Source: Macrostomum lignano (Eukaryota). From it: DNA of 64,000 nt. Under the pieces are notes generated by a model, which was not told where the DNA came from, did no database searches, and saw only the letters and a list, made by a program, of their open reading frames with translations. A program made the translations under genes and the position numbers. The stretch is taken from NCBI GenBank assembly GCA_002269645.1, contig NIVC01003416.1, positions 34,982 to 98,981 of the forward strand, written 5' to 3'. Below, piece by piece: positions 12,050 to 25,363 of the stretch (the stretch's first letter is position 1; every line of letters begins with the position of its first letter).

Positions 12050-13017
12050 GCGAGTGACTGTGGTCTGAGCGAGTGACTGTATTGTCTGAGCGAGTGACTG
12101 TGGTCTGAGCGAGTGACTGTGGTCTGAGCGAGTGACTGTATTGTCTGAGCGAGTGACTGTGGTCTGAGCGAGTGACTGTATTGTCTGAGCGAGTGACTGT
12201 GTGGTCTGAGCGAGTGACTGTGGTCTGAGCGAGTGACTGTGGTCTGAGCGAGTGACTGTGGTCTGAGCGAGTGACTGTGGTTTGAGCGAGTGACTGTGGT
12301 CTGAGCGAGTGACTGTATTGTCTGAGCGAGTGACTGTGGTCTGAGAGAGTGACTGTGGTCTGAGCGAGTGACTGTGGTCTGAGCGAGTGACTGTGTTGTC
12401 TGAGCGAGTGACTGTGTGGTCTGAGCGAGTGACTGTATTGTCTGAGCGAGTGACTGTGTTGTCTGAGCGAGTGACTGTATTGTCTGAGCGAGTGACTGTA
12501 TTGTCTAAGCGAGTGACTTTGTTGTCTGAGCGAGTGACTGTATTGTCTGAGCGAGTGACTGTATTGTCTGAGCGAGTGACTGTATTGTCTGAGCGAGTGA
12601 CTGTATTGTCTGAGCGAGTGACTTTGTTGTCTGAGCGAGTGACTGTGGTCTGAGCGAGTGACTGTATTGTCTGAGCGAGTGACTGTATTGTCTGAGCGAG
12701 TGACTGTGGTCTGAGAGATTGACTGTATTGTCTAAGCGAGTGACTGTATTGTCTGAGCGAGTGACTGTATTGTCTGAGCGAGTGACTGTGGTCTGAGAGA
12801 GTGACTGTATTGTTTGAGCGAGTGACTGTATTGTCTGAACGAGTGACTGTGTTGTCTGAGCGAGTGACTGTATTGTCTGAGCGAGTGACTGTATTGTCTG
12901 AGCGAGTGACTGTGGTCTGAGAGAGTGACTGTATTGTTTGAGCGAGTGACTGTATTGTCTGAACGAGTGACTGTGTTGTCTGAGCGAGTGACTGTATTGT
13001 CTGAACGAGTGACTGTA
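12028..13017. repeat. 19/21-bp minisatellite (GAGCGAGTGACTGTGGTCT / GAGCGAGTGACTGTATTGTCT) starting inside the GPCR CDS
   Basis: The first unit encodes ERVTVV, and the TGA stop spans the unit junction. Confidence 0.97.
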
Positions 13018-13976
13018 GAATTTCGAGTAATTGAACTTTTAAAACTTTGTTAATATGAAAAATATCTCATGCGGGAACGCGTTTTACAATAGTGTTATTT
13101 CTAATTTGAAAGTAAACCCATAGAATAAACACCTTTAATGAGGCAAAACTGGAGCCAAAAATGAGTAAAAATCTCGAATACGTAAAATAGCCAGGATGCA
13201 AATCACACGAGAATTCACTTAGCAAATCACAGATCATGCCGTGTATTGAAGCTTAGCTGATATTTGCTGTTTACTTCTATACCTCATCTGTATAAATATT
13301 TTTTCACCTGATTCTGAGTATTCCATACATGATAATCACCCAGCTATAGCAAATTCCCGATATGTACCTGCTACTATGCATGTTCAAATGTTTTGTTCAA
13401 TGTAAAAAAGTACAACACGATATTAAAAGTACAGAATCGCTGCATGCTGCAGCTGACCCAATCTCCAGTTCATTCCTGCCTAAACTGTTAAAAGTACATT
13501 TTAATTAACAACCGAAAAAAAGTATAACAAAATTCTAAGAAATTAGCGGCTGCGTTGGTCACTGAATAAATTATCAGCAGAAACCTCACAGCGGGAAGGA
13601 AGCCCTCAGACTAAAAGCAATTAACAACGCAAAAACAAGCTGGTATACTGAGATCTGCTCCCAACTCGTGCTCAAGTACGGACGGGGGGCTTCGAACTGC
13701 ATCAAAAATCAAACGGTAAAGTGCACAGGCAGAGGCATGACTGGGGACATCTTTACCATTAGGCTATTTAATATTAGGCAATAAATCAGAGCAGTGCACA
13801 TGGGTATAAAATTAACACTGTGAACCATTTGGCTGAACTGTACCAACACCGGATTAAAGTAAAGCACTATGCAAGCCGCTGAACTCCATGTTCAGTATGA
13901 AAAATATAACAGTTAGTCCGCCGGCAGTTATGGCCGCCAGCTGACACATGCTCAGCTAGAGCAGAGGGGAGCTGGG

Positions 13977-14329
<353 letters not shown>

Positions 14330-14763
14330 CCGTAAATGGACGCCTGCATCGGCTTTAGAAAGTTTCCTGCATCATTAAAGCAATAAAATATTTTCACTAC
14401 CCCCAGGGCCATTGAGATTTCCACCTGCGTTAGGGACGCAAGGTTTCCGTAAAAAGTTTCTGCTCTTGCTTTTCGTGGTACTGGTGCGCCCCCCCCCCCT
14501 CCGGACCCGCAGTTATCAGCCCAAACTGTTTGCATGCGGAGAGATGAGCAGGTAGAATTGTTGCAGAATGTTGTGATGCCAATGAATATGCACAGCATGG
14601 GTGGCGCTGAGGTGGCTGAATTCTGAGCTGATGGCTGATACAGCTGGTTGCTAGGGGGCGATTTCGCACTGCCCTGGGAGCAGCATAAACTCTATTGCAT
14701 GCAGGATTTCTGCCACCTGCTTCCTTGCTAAGCTCTCTCATCCAGAATCGCACAGCAGCCAGC

Positions 14764-15408
14764 ATGGCAACCAGCTTCATCGCTACTCCAGTCTCCCTTC
14801 AGCTCGCAGCGGCCTGCCTGGTCCAGCTGGTCCATTGTGAGAGCTCGCCGAGCTCCTGGAACCGCCTGATCAGCCGGCAGTGCCTGCTCGAGAATTTGGC
14901 TGTGCACTCGGCCACTGCTCGAAGCGACATCGAATATAACGTGGAAAGCTCCAGGATTGCCTGCGGCCTGCAGGTGGCCGAGTTCGACTCGGACACTGGC
15001 CGGTGCTCGCTCTTCCAATACACCGCCCTGTGCCACCTCATCGATGGGCTCGGCCCCGCGGGCAGCTCGCAGCCCCGCTGCGTCGCGTTCGCCAATGCCA
15101 GAGCGGCCGGCCTCATCACTTTGAGCAGGCAGCTGGGCGCCAATCCGCGGTACAAGATGTGGCTGGAGAACGTGGAGCTTGTGAACCTGCCGCAGGCACT
15201 CACGTGGCTGATCAGGCTCAAGCGGGAACCGAAGGAAGCACCTTTGCTTGAAAGCTACGACTGCGGCACCAACGCATTTGGGACCGCCTTCTGGGACGGC
15301 ACGCCATCTACAAGAGGCCTGCAATGCTTCAGGACTGCATTGAGTTATTGCGAATTCAAAAGGATCCGTGCAGCTTTAATCCCGGTTACTTTAATCCAGT
15401 TGCCTTAA
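14764..15408 (+). CDS. Orphan secreted Cys-containing protein (possible PAN/apple-like module); 3' end uncertain
   Basis: GC-rich non-repetitive ORF of ~214 aa. Hydrophobic leader MATSFIATPVSLQLAAACLVQLVHC; motif ACG...FDSDTGRCSLF. The C-terminus runs into a tandem array. Domain identity is tentative. Confidence 0.6.
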   Translation: MATSFIATPVSLQLAAACLVQLVHCESSPSSWNRLISRQCLLENLAVHSATARSDIEYNVESSRIACGLQVAEFDSDTGRCSLFQYTALCHLIDGLGPAGSSQPRCVAFANARAAGLITLSRQLGANPRYKMWLENVELVNLPQALTWLIRLKREPKEAPLLESYDCGTNAFGTAFWDGTPSTRGLQCFRTALSYCEFKRIRAALIPVTLIQLP

Positions 15409-15830
15409 TCCCAGTTGCTTTAATCCGTTTCTTTAATCTCAGTTGCTTCAATCCCTGTTGCCTTAATCCCTGTTGCTTTAATCCAGTTGCTTTAATCCCT
15501 GTTGCTTTAATCCAGTTGCCTTAATCCCTGTTGCTTTAATCCAGTTGCTTTAATCCCTGTTGCTTTAATCCCTGTTGCTTTAATCCAGTTGCTTTAATCC
15601 CTGTTGCTTTAATCCAGTTGCTTTAATCCCTGTTGCTTTAATCCAGTTGCCTTAATCCCTGTTGCTTTAATCCAGTTGCTTTAATCCCTGTTGCTTTAAT
15701 CCCTGTTGCTTTAATCCAGTTGCTTTAATCCCTGTTGCTTTAATCCAGTTGCTTTAATCCCTGTTGCTTTAATCCAGTTGCCTTAATCCCTGTTGCTTTA
15801 ATCCAGTTGCTTTAATCCCAGTTGCTTCAA
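15372..15830. repeat. 14/15-bp tandem repeat (GCTTTAATCCAGTT / GCTTTAATCCCTGTT)
   Basis: Visible tandem copies that overlap the end of the 14764 ORF. Confidence 0.95.
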
Positions 15831-16596
15831 CCACAATTTCTTCAATCGATGTTGCTCTAATCCTTCTGTTGTTTAATGTTAGCTGCTCTAATCCTTCTAC
15901 TAAAAAGAGTTCGTCAGTATCTATCTAGGCATGTATGCGATCGATTTCAGAAATCCTTTCGAATATTTAATTCAAGTAGATGCAAGCCTCCTATTTAATC
16001 CCAGCTGCTGTTTCGAATTCGTAAATTTACAGTAATACGAGTACCAGCTGTAGTGCCTGTATGGAAGTTACGAGGGCGCATTTACTGACACCTGTCAAAG
16101 GCTATCCAATGTCAATGGCGAATGGTTGGTCGACCACACCGCTGCTGAAGCAAGCTGGGTCAATCCGGGTTAAAAAGAGTCAAACAAGCTCCCTATAAAC
16201 AGCATCTCCAGTTGCAGTCCGGGACCTAATTGAAATTGACCCTGAAAAGGCACACAGAGCCGGACAGACGCGCAGATGAAGAGAAGCGATGGCTGCTCCG
16301 AGACACGGAAGGCAGACATGCAGAAAGCTTCGAAAGCTGAGGCGAGAGCGGGAAAAAGCCAAAACTTGATCCGCCCCCTGCTTGCGCATTTCGAGGCAGC
16401 GAGCCCTCAGGGCAGCGACTGTGCGTGAGAGGATCAGGGAGTCTTCTAAAGAGCAAAGATGCTTTCTCGAGACCTATGTAAGATCAGGAACTGCGTGTAT
16501 TGGAGCATAGAAATGCGTGGGTAGATGTCGATAAGTGCTGAACTGTTTTGCAACTTGAAACTAAAACTATAACCGGCTACGAGAAATACTGAATTG

Positions 16597-17128
16597 GAAT
16601 GGCGCCACCCCATCAGGAATGGCGCTACCTCATAAAGAATAGCGCTACCCTATAGGAATGGCGCTACCTCATAAAGAATGGCGCTACCCTATAGGAATGG
16701 CACTACCTCATAAAGAATGGAGCTACATCCATCAGGAATGGCGCTACCCGATCAGGAATGGCGCTACCCGATCAGGAATGGCGCTACCCGATCAGGAATG
16801 GCGCTACCCGATCAGGAATGGCGCTACTCCATCAGGAATGGCGCTACTCCATCAGGAATGGCGCTACTCCATCAGGAATGGCGCTACTCCATCAGGAATG
16901 GCGCTACCCCATCAGGAATGGCGCTACTCCATCAGGAATGGCGCTACCCCATCAGGAATGGCGCTACTCCATCAGGAATGGCGCTACTCCATCAGGAATG
17001 GCGCTACCCCATCAGGAATGGCGCTACTCCATCAGGAATGGCGCTACCCGATCAGGAATGGCGCTACCCGATCAGGAATGGCGCTACCCCATCAGGTATG
17101 GCGCTACCCCATCAGGAATGGCGCTATC
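16597..17128. repeat. 20-bp minisatellite (ATCAGGAATGGCGCTACCCC)
   Basis: About 25 copies. Confidence 0.96.
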
Positions 17129-17699
17129 CAGTCAGAATTGAGAAAACTGAGTGAAAATGAAGCACAGATGAGGACACAGTAGCCATAATTAGTAGAAAAA
17201 CAAGTAATTTACCCTCGCGCAACTGGGTGAGGAATGTAAAACCACGGAGTTTATTCATGAAATTGTGTATATTTAGACAGTAATCAGTTTTTAAACATTT
17301 TTCTCGCTCAAAAAAATCACAGTAACAAAGAAGGCCGCAGCTTCATTGAATTATTAAGCGCCTGCTACTGCTAGTAGTGCAATGCTTCAATAAAATCAGA
17401 GAAGCGATTTGCTTATGAATAAAACAGCTTCAGGTTGTTCAACAACGTAAACAGCTGTTTCAATTGTTATAAACGGATGCACATGCAACTGTCTGAATAC
17501 ACGAATTAGAATTCGTTTAATTTAAAAAAGTAATTTAAGGTCAAATGAGTTCTTTAACGACCGATTGAGCAACTATAACCCTGCGGTGAGGACAAGTCTA
17601 AAAACTTTGAAACTCATACACTTTTATACAGAATTCAGCTGTTAAACTTGATTTAACCTGATAAATTGAAGGCTGATTGAAAAGCAAGCGTGCATCAGA

Positions 17700-18285
17700 G
17701 TGGGGGCTGGTTGAGAGCCAGTGTACATTGGGACTGGATGGTGGGGAGCTGGTTGAGAGCCAGTGTACATTGGGACTGGATGGTGGGGGCTGGTTGAGAG
17801 CCAGTGTACATTGGGACTGGATGGTGGGGGCTGGTTGAGAACCAGTGTACATTGGGACTGGATGGTGGGGGCTGGTTGAGAGCCAGTGTACATTGGGACT
17901 GGATGGTGGGGGCTGGTTGAGAACCAGTGTACATTGGGACTGGATGGTGGGGGCTGGTTGAGAGCCAGTGTACATTGGGACTGGATGGTGGGGGCTGGTT
18001 GAGAGCCAGTGTACATTGGGACTGGATGGTGAGGGGCTGGTTGAGAGCCAGTGTACATTGGGACTGGATGGTGAGGGCCTGGTTGAGAGTCAGTGTACAT
18101 TGGGACTGGATGGTGAGGGGCTGGTTGAGAGCCAGTGTACATTGGGACTGGATGGTGAGGGGCTGGTTGAGAGCCAGTGTACATTGGGACTGGATGGTGA
18201 GGGGCTGGTTGAGAGCCAGTGTACATTGGGACTGGATGGTGAGGGGCTGGTTGAGAGCCAGTGTACAATGGGACTGGATGGTGGA
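17700..18285. repeat. 41/42-bp minisatellite (GGGCTGGTTGAGAGCCAGTGTACATTGGGACTGGATGGTG..)
   Basis: About 14 copies. Confidence 0.96.
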
Positions 18286-19000
18286 AGCTGGTCAGAAGAG
18301 TAATTACAGTTGATAGGAAAGCCAGTTTCATCAGGTTAAACTATAGATGAAAATTAAAATAGCAAATATCTAACACAGATATCTGATTGCGTGAGCAGCC
18401 AGTCGCAGGAATTTACATGGACATTTACCACAAAAATGGATCGTTAAGAGAAAAGACAAAATTAAGCCATATTAATAGTTTCTATGGTTCGCAAAAAAGT
18501 GTAAAGTAGAAGTAAACAAATAATGAAGATATAATGTCCCACCCCTGGAATGAGGAATTATCTTAAAAAAACAATGCAAAAGTGCGACTCAAAGGTTACT
18601 AATGTAAATAGTGGCACAAATTCAAAAAGAACTCAAACAATTTGAGAATAGAATAACCAAACTTAGCTGCAGACAGCTTACGAATAAGTGACTTTACAAA
18701 AATTAGTCTGAAAATTCTGCAGCACAAACTGCTGATTATTATTAGTAGTCACAGAAGTTAGTATACCTTAAAACAGTTTGCAAATAAATAGCTACAAATT
18801 TTTGGTAATAAAAAACGTTAATGTTACTCTAGGAGCATAAAGCCACTTATAGCAAGCCGAAAGGTAGTTAGCAAAGAAAATTGTTCGAATTAAAACGCAT
18901 AAAAATGAGATTACCAAACTGTTGACTTTCTTCTGCCTGTGGAGAGCAATCAAATACAGCGGCAAAGCAGATTAGTCAGCACAGTCCATTTCCGCCCGGA

Positions 19001-22000
19001 CTATTTCACCAGTCCGTCCGAGTTGATGCGGATCCTGATGTACCATTCTTCTGTCTGCGTCACCAGCGTCCGCATCGCCTGCAATTCAGGTGCGGTTTGG
19101 CTGCTGTCTGTTCTTGGCCTAGAAACTGAGGCTCTGGGAGGCTGGCCCAGCAACTGAGGCTCTGGGAGGCTGGTACAGGAACTGAGGCTCTGGGAGGCTG
19201 GCCCAGCAACTGAGGATCTGGGAGGCTGGCCCAGCAACTGGGGATCTTGGAGGCTGGCCCAGCAACTGAGGGTCTGGGAGGCTGGCCCAGCAACTGAGGC
19301 ACTGGGAGGCTGGCCCAGCAGCTGAGGATCTGGGAGGCTGGTACAGGAACTGAGGCTCTGGGAGGCTGGTACAGGAACTGAGGCTCTGGAAGGCTGGCCC
19401 AGCAACTGGGGATCTTGGAGGCTGGCCCAGCAACTGGGGATCTTGGAGGCTGGCCCAGCAACTGAGGCTCTGGGAGGCTGGCCCAGCAACTGAGGATCTG
19501 GGAGGCTGGCCCAGCAACTGAGGATCTGGGAGGCTGGCCCAGCAACTGGGGATCTGGGAGGCTGGCCCAGCAACTGAGGATCTGGGAGGCTGGCCCAGTA
19601 ACTGGGGATCTTGGAGGCTGGCCCAGCAACTGAGGGTCTGGGAGGCTGGCCCAGCAACTCAGGATCTGGGAAGGTGATGACAGAAACAGGAATTCAAGCC
19701 TCATCAATTGTCCCCCTTTCCGGAACAATGGCAACAAGTATACACAAACGGTCACAAACCTCGGTTTTGCTGTTGTACTTGACGGGTGGACAATAGGCCT
19801 GCTGTAACAGGCTATGAATAGCAAAGACAGGCAGCGGAATGACCACGGTGGCAGCCAGGACCCAGCCGAACACAATGGCTCCGGGCGGATATTGGTAATT
19901 GCCGTAAGTTGGTGCCTCATGACTGACCAAAGTCATAATCAACAGGCCCTGGATTTACAATGCAAAGCATTTTTTTCAAATTTTTAAAACAAATTTTCCT
20001 GATGATACTACTCATTCTTGACAAAAAATGAGTAGCACAAAATAAAGATACAGTGTTGAATACAATATTTCTACTATAAGTAGGCAAATAAGAAAAGCCA
20101 TAAAAAATAGAATTCTAAAAATCTCACAGCCAGAATAGCCAGCAGCGGTATGCGCCAGTAAAAGTCCCACGCCTTTGTCATTTTAATGCCAGTCATCACT
20201 TCAACGTCTTTGCGAATCCTTTGACTACCTGTACAAAATAAACAGTAATAAATTTTAATTTAAGCTGATGAATTCAAGTTAAACAAAGCTGAAATTTAAA
20301 TTACCATAAACGTAGGCAAGGCAGATGACCTCTACCAGAGCCACAAAGGACAGCAGGGTCACGTGGTACCAGTCCATCAGCTGATAGATATAGTGCGCCG
20401 CCTGCGAGCATGAAATCATATCGAGTGCGGTCAATAAGAATCAAACTAAAGCAATTAATTATCTTGCCAATTCAAAACTGCAGCACGCTACTTACATTAG
20501 TAGTCATAGGCAGGCCTAGCAGTAGTGATACAATTGTCATAATTAGCTTGGATAGCCATTGGCGTCGTTTCAATATGCGAAATTCGTCGGCCAGGCACTG
20601 GTACATAGTTTCGAATGTGCAGAACTGGCGACAGCGGCGGGGGAGGGCGTTGTTAAGTTCGAAACAGTTCGATGGGTCTTCGTTTATGATAGACTAGTTA
20701 CCGAGAGCTAGTCATTCTTTCACAATCTTGATCTTAATCCTAATAAGTTAGCCTTTGTTCTTTATCCATAATATCCTCAAGAAAAGTCTTTGTTATTCAA
20801 ATTTGTCAACTCAATCTTTATCCAACTGATTCTTCAAGTACATGTAGTCTTTGTTTAAAATTAGCCGGTTTCCAAGCAAGTCTTTATTTTGCAAGATCCC
20901 GCTTCCCAAGCAAGTCTTTGTTCTGTGTGATCCCGCTTCCCAAGCAAGTCTTTGTTCTGTATGATCCCGCTTTCCAAGCAAGTCTTTGTTCTCACTCACC
21001 TCACTGTCAACGGCGAGCGTGAGTATTAGGATGAAGAAAATCACAGACCAGATCTGCGGAAACGGCAGGTTCAGCACAGCATCCGGATAGACAATAAAAG
21101 CCATAGTTGGCCCGGACTTGAAGATGCAGTCAATGCCAGTGTTCAGTTTCCAGGCCATGTTGCCTAAATAGGAGAATATGACGAAGCCGCCAAGGAATGC
21201 CGTCATGGAGCAGACAATGGGCGTGAGAATAGCGTCCCGATAAATATTGTTAGAGAACCGATTGTGACTGGCCAGCATGATCAGCGCGCCCCAGGTTGGC
21301 CCGAGGCTCCAGAAGATCTGCTGGGCCGCGTCAATCCAAGGCGTCAGGGTGGCCAGCCTTGGCCAGTCGGGCGTGAGATAGTACAGAATGCCCTCCCGGC
21401 TGCCCGGCAAAAGCACGCCTCGGATCAGCAGGGTGGTGAGCGCCACGTAGGGAAACAGCACGGTGAGGTACACAACCTGGCCATTGTGTTTAGTGGGGAG
21501 TAAGTTTGTTAGTGCTTAGTTCTATTAGATTGATCTGAATAAAAGCAATGGGGTTGCCGCTGATGGTTAGAGTAGTGTCCACTAAGGGTTGCGGTGTGCG
21601 CTGATTACTGATAAGATGGAAGGCGGGGTGTCCGCTGATTATTGATAAGATGGAAGGCGGGGTGTCCGCTGATTACTGATAAGATGGAAGGCGGGGTGTC
21701 CGCTGATTATTGATAAGATGGAAGGCGGGGTGTCCATTGATTATTGATAAGATGGAAGGCGGGGTGTCCATTGATTATTGATAAGATGGAAGGCGGGGTG
21801 TCCATTGATTATTGATAAGATGGAAGGCGGGGTGTCCATTGATTATTGATAAGATGGAAGGCGGGGTGTCCATTGATTATTGATAAGATGGAAGGCGGGG
21901 TGTCCATTGATTATTGATAAGATGGAAGGCGGGGTGTCCATTGATTATTGATAAGATGGAAGGCGGGGTGTCCGCTGATTACTGATAAGATGGAAGGCGG

Positions 22001-25000
22001 GGTGTCCATTGGTTATTGATAAGATGGAAGGCGGGGTGTCCGCTGGTTATTGATAAGATGGAAGCCGGGGTGTCCGCTGATTATTGATTATTAACGAGGA
22101 ACTACGTAAAAGCTGAGAAACTGTAAACTGGGTAGGACAAAAAACAGACACATTATGACATTATAAAACTACACGAATTTCAAGAAAGGTGAACATTCGA
22201 GTCAAATATGGGATTGTCCATGCTGCATGAAGGTTTTGTATTGAAGCACTGGTCGCCACAGACCCGCTGCTCAGAGAACTCACTGATATATACGGAGAGA
22301 ACGAATAAAGGACTGCTGTCGCTGAGAATGGACATTGTTACCGCCGGTATCAGCCGGACTCGACTTTGCCAATTCAAACAATTCATTAACGATTCATTTT
22401 TAATGCAAGATTCGTGATGTTTTAGAACACAAACTTTACCCGTAGCAACGGAGATAAATGTAGTAATGTAGTAAATACGCTCGTATATAGTATTGCATGT
22501 TACTGCGCGTTGTCTATGGCCCAACCTACGAGGCTACACAGCAGGGGTCGGCAAACTTTTTACCTTAACTTTCAGCTGCCGGATGGTCAGCAAAGCTGAC
22601 CATGGACCAACAGCCTTTACTGCTGGTATTTTTTGGAGTCTATGGTAAAAGAAAAGTTTGCACAGTAGCCGTTCCTGCCGAGCATGGTCAGCAGCGCTGT
22701 TCATACGAAAAATGGTGAAAAAGTCCTATTTATCGTCTCAGAATCCGATGCATGCAAAATGTCTATGGTTGTAGCTGATTGAATTTTCAATAAAATGATG
22801 CACGACTCGTATTAAGGAGGTGCAGTGCTTTCTCTTTCAGAAAGGCCTGTTTGCAGATTTTAAAGTGAACTGTAGTGGCTATTGCTAGACATCGAGTGTA
22901 CACACTGCATAATCTATTCAGAGAGCATTAAGTGAAATGCACTTTGAAACTGCTTTTTTCGACCCTAGATTTGTCCAAGCCAAGTATAAAATGCTCCATT
23001 CTCGGCTAGAAGGGCTTTGCACAGCGGCGCAATTAAGATTCTAGCTGTAGTCTATGGCCAGCCCAGCTGACCATGTCGGCAGGAACGGAGCTTTTGTATT
23101 TCTAGCTCCGGCGCGAAAAGGTTAAGGGCCAGATAGAAAGAGCCTAGAGCAGACTGCAGGCCAGAGGATGGGGAGAAAAAGGAGAGGGAATAGAGAAGAG
23201 AAGAGAAATAGGACAAGCATAGGTGAGGAAATAAAGGAGAAGAGACGAGAGGAGAGGATGGATGAAATAGGAGAACGGAGGGGAGAGAAGTCGAGAAGAG
23301 AAGAGGAGAGAAGAGAGACAAGAAGAGAGGAAAGGAAATGAGAGGAGAGAAGAGAGAAGAGAAGAGGAGACAAGAAGAGAGGAAAGGGAGAGGAGAGAAG
23401 AGAGAAGAGAAGAGAAGCAAGAAGAGAGGAGAGAAAAGAAGAGAAAAAGAGGAGAGAAGAGAAGAGAAGAGAAAAAGAGAGGAGAGAGGAGATTAGAGAT
23501 CGAAGAGAGCTGAGAGAAGAGACACAAATCTTGAGCGGGCCGGAGTTTGCCTACCCCTGTATACAGCCTAGGCTTTCACCTCTGCTGTCCGTAGTCTAGC
23601 ATTTAGAGCATTGCAAAATCTATAGTTTGGGAGTAGATAGTCGAGATTAGCCATAGACAAAATTGAAACTTACCTTTCCAAATGAGTGAATGCCGCGGAA
23701 CACGCACAGGTAGATAATGATCCAAGCGGCCAACAGGGTGACAAACACTTGCCAGCGTATGCCGCCCCATTGTTCCACGCCGCTAGATATGTCCAGCATG
23801 TACTTTCTGCGGGCGAGTTTCGAAGAGTGCATACCTGCGTTGTAGTAGGTCTAGAAGGTATAGAAGATGAGATCAGAGACAATACATCACATAGAGATGA
23901 GATCAGAGACAAGAGATGACGTAGAGATGAGATCAGAGACAATAAATCACATAGAGATGAGATCAGAGACAATACATCACATAGAGATGAGGCCAGAGAC
24001 AATACATCACATAGAGATGAAACCAGAGACAATATATCACATAGAGATGAGATCAGAGACAATACAACACATAGTGATGAGATCAGAGACAATACATCAC
24101 ATAGAGATGAGATCAGAGACAATACAACACATAGTGATGAGATCAGAGACAATACATCACATAGAGATGAGATAAGAGACAATACATCACATAGTGATGA
24201 GACCAGAGACAATACATCACATAGAGATGAGATCAGAGACAATACATCACATAGTGATGAGACCAGAGACAATACATCACATAGAGATGAGACCAGAGAC
24301 AATACATCACATAGAGATGAGACCAGAGACAATACATCACATAGAGATGAGACCAGAGACAATACATTACATAGAGATGAGATCAGAGACAAGAGATGAC
24401 GTAGAGATGAGATCAGAGACAATACATCACATAGAGATGAGATCAGAGGTATGTACACTACACAAATTGAAGTGCATAAAAGCAGCAATGAAAGCTGTCC
24501 CCCCAGACATTCTCACTCGTAGAAAGTCTCAGTGACAGTTTTCCGGGCCCTATCGAACAGCTGGTACTCGGAGCAGTTGGTCACATATTCAGGCCTAGGC
24601 GCGGTGCGGTTCACCTCAAAGCAGTTGGCATCTTTCCATTGATTTTTACAGCTGGACCAGAGCAGCGGTACGTAGAAGCTATTAACCAGGTAGAACAGAA
24701 TCCAGCCAATCACAACGCTGTAGTAGATATTAAGAACGAAGCAGGTAATAACATTGGACCAGCCGATGCCTTTAAATACTGGGGCGATATTGCCAAACAG
24801 TCTGATAGGCGTCATGCCGCTGTACTGGGCTACCGACATCTCCAGAACGTACAGCGGCACGGCTAGCACGATGAGAAACAGAAAGTACGGAAGCAGAAAT
24901 GCGCCTGCGGAATTTCGAATAGGGATATACCGTGAATTCAAGAATATAGGGGATATTACGCTCACACAGGGTGTACAGCGGACCTGACTTTCTAATTTTC

Positions 25001-25363
25001 AGACATGTACACTTGTACACTTTGTCTGTGCCTTGGGGCTGACCCTGAATGACTGAGCACAGAATCGAATCGTTTGCCCCAGAGCAGCTCTGCTGTTCAA
25101 TAATCAGTCATGTAAACTGATAGAATTCAAAGCTCACCGCCGCCATTCTTCATGCACAGGTAGGGAAACCGCAGCAGATTGCCCAGCCCAATGTTATAGC
25201 CAAGCACTGATAGCACGAATTCGAATCGGCCGTTCCACGTGGACTTCTCTTCCTCTTCCTCTTCTTCTTCTTCGTCGTCTTCGCTGTCGTCGTCATCGTC
25301 GGCTCCTTCGGAGGAATTCGCTTCCGAATAGAGAATGGAAGGATTGGGACGAATTAGGGACAT
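19001..25363 (-). CDS. SLC6 (neurotransmitter:sodium symporter) family transporter, amino-acid type; 9 exons, ~605 aa
   Basis: Exons 25363-25138, 24904-24517, 23806-23674, 21476-21000, 20624-20496, 20401-20305, 20228-20128, 19948-19760 and 19078-19001, with consistent phases and GT-AG. Motifs: [72 protein letters not shown]. The start codon is uncertain (25414 or an upstream exon is possible). Confidence 0.92.
19115..19670. repeat. 28-bp minisatellite (GGGAGGCTGGCCCAGCAACTGAGGATCT) in the last SLC6 intron
   Basis: About 19 copies; the same unit recurs at 48095-48870. Confidence 0.96.
20868..20995. repeat. ~34-bp repeat starting at the SLC6 exon-4 donor
   Basis: 3-4 copies of CCAAGCAAGTCTTTGTTCTGTGTGATCCCGCTT. 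Confidence 0.85.
21590..22090. repeat. 34-bp minisatellite (GCTGATTATTGATAAGATGGAAGGCGGGGTGTCC) in SLC6 intron 3
   Basis: About 14 copies. Confidence 0.96.
22542..23559. mobile_element. Non-autonomous hAT (Charlie-like) element in SLC6 intron 3
   Basis: Termini CAGGGGTCGGCAAACT and AGTTTGCCTACCCCTG form a 16-bp inverted repeat with one mismatch. Flanks TACACAGC / TATACAGC resemble an 8-bp TSD, although the left copy overlaps the first base of the TIR. A related left end lies at 38280. Confidence 0.65.
23863..24450. repeat. 30-bp minisatellite (GAGATGAGATCAGAGACAATACATCACATA) in SLC6 intron 2
   Basis: About 19 copies. Confidence 0.96.

Noticed and set aside
19694-19759. SLC6 ending by read-through of exon 8 (..[21 protein letters not shown])
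   Set aside because: A phase-compatible downstream exon ([12 protein letters not shown]..) fits the SLC6 C-terminal pattern better. Read-through remains a possible isoform.
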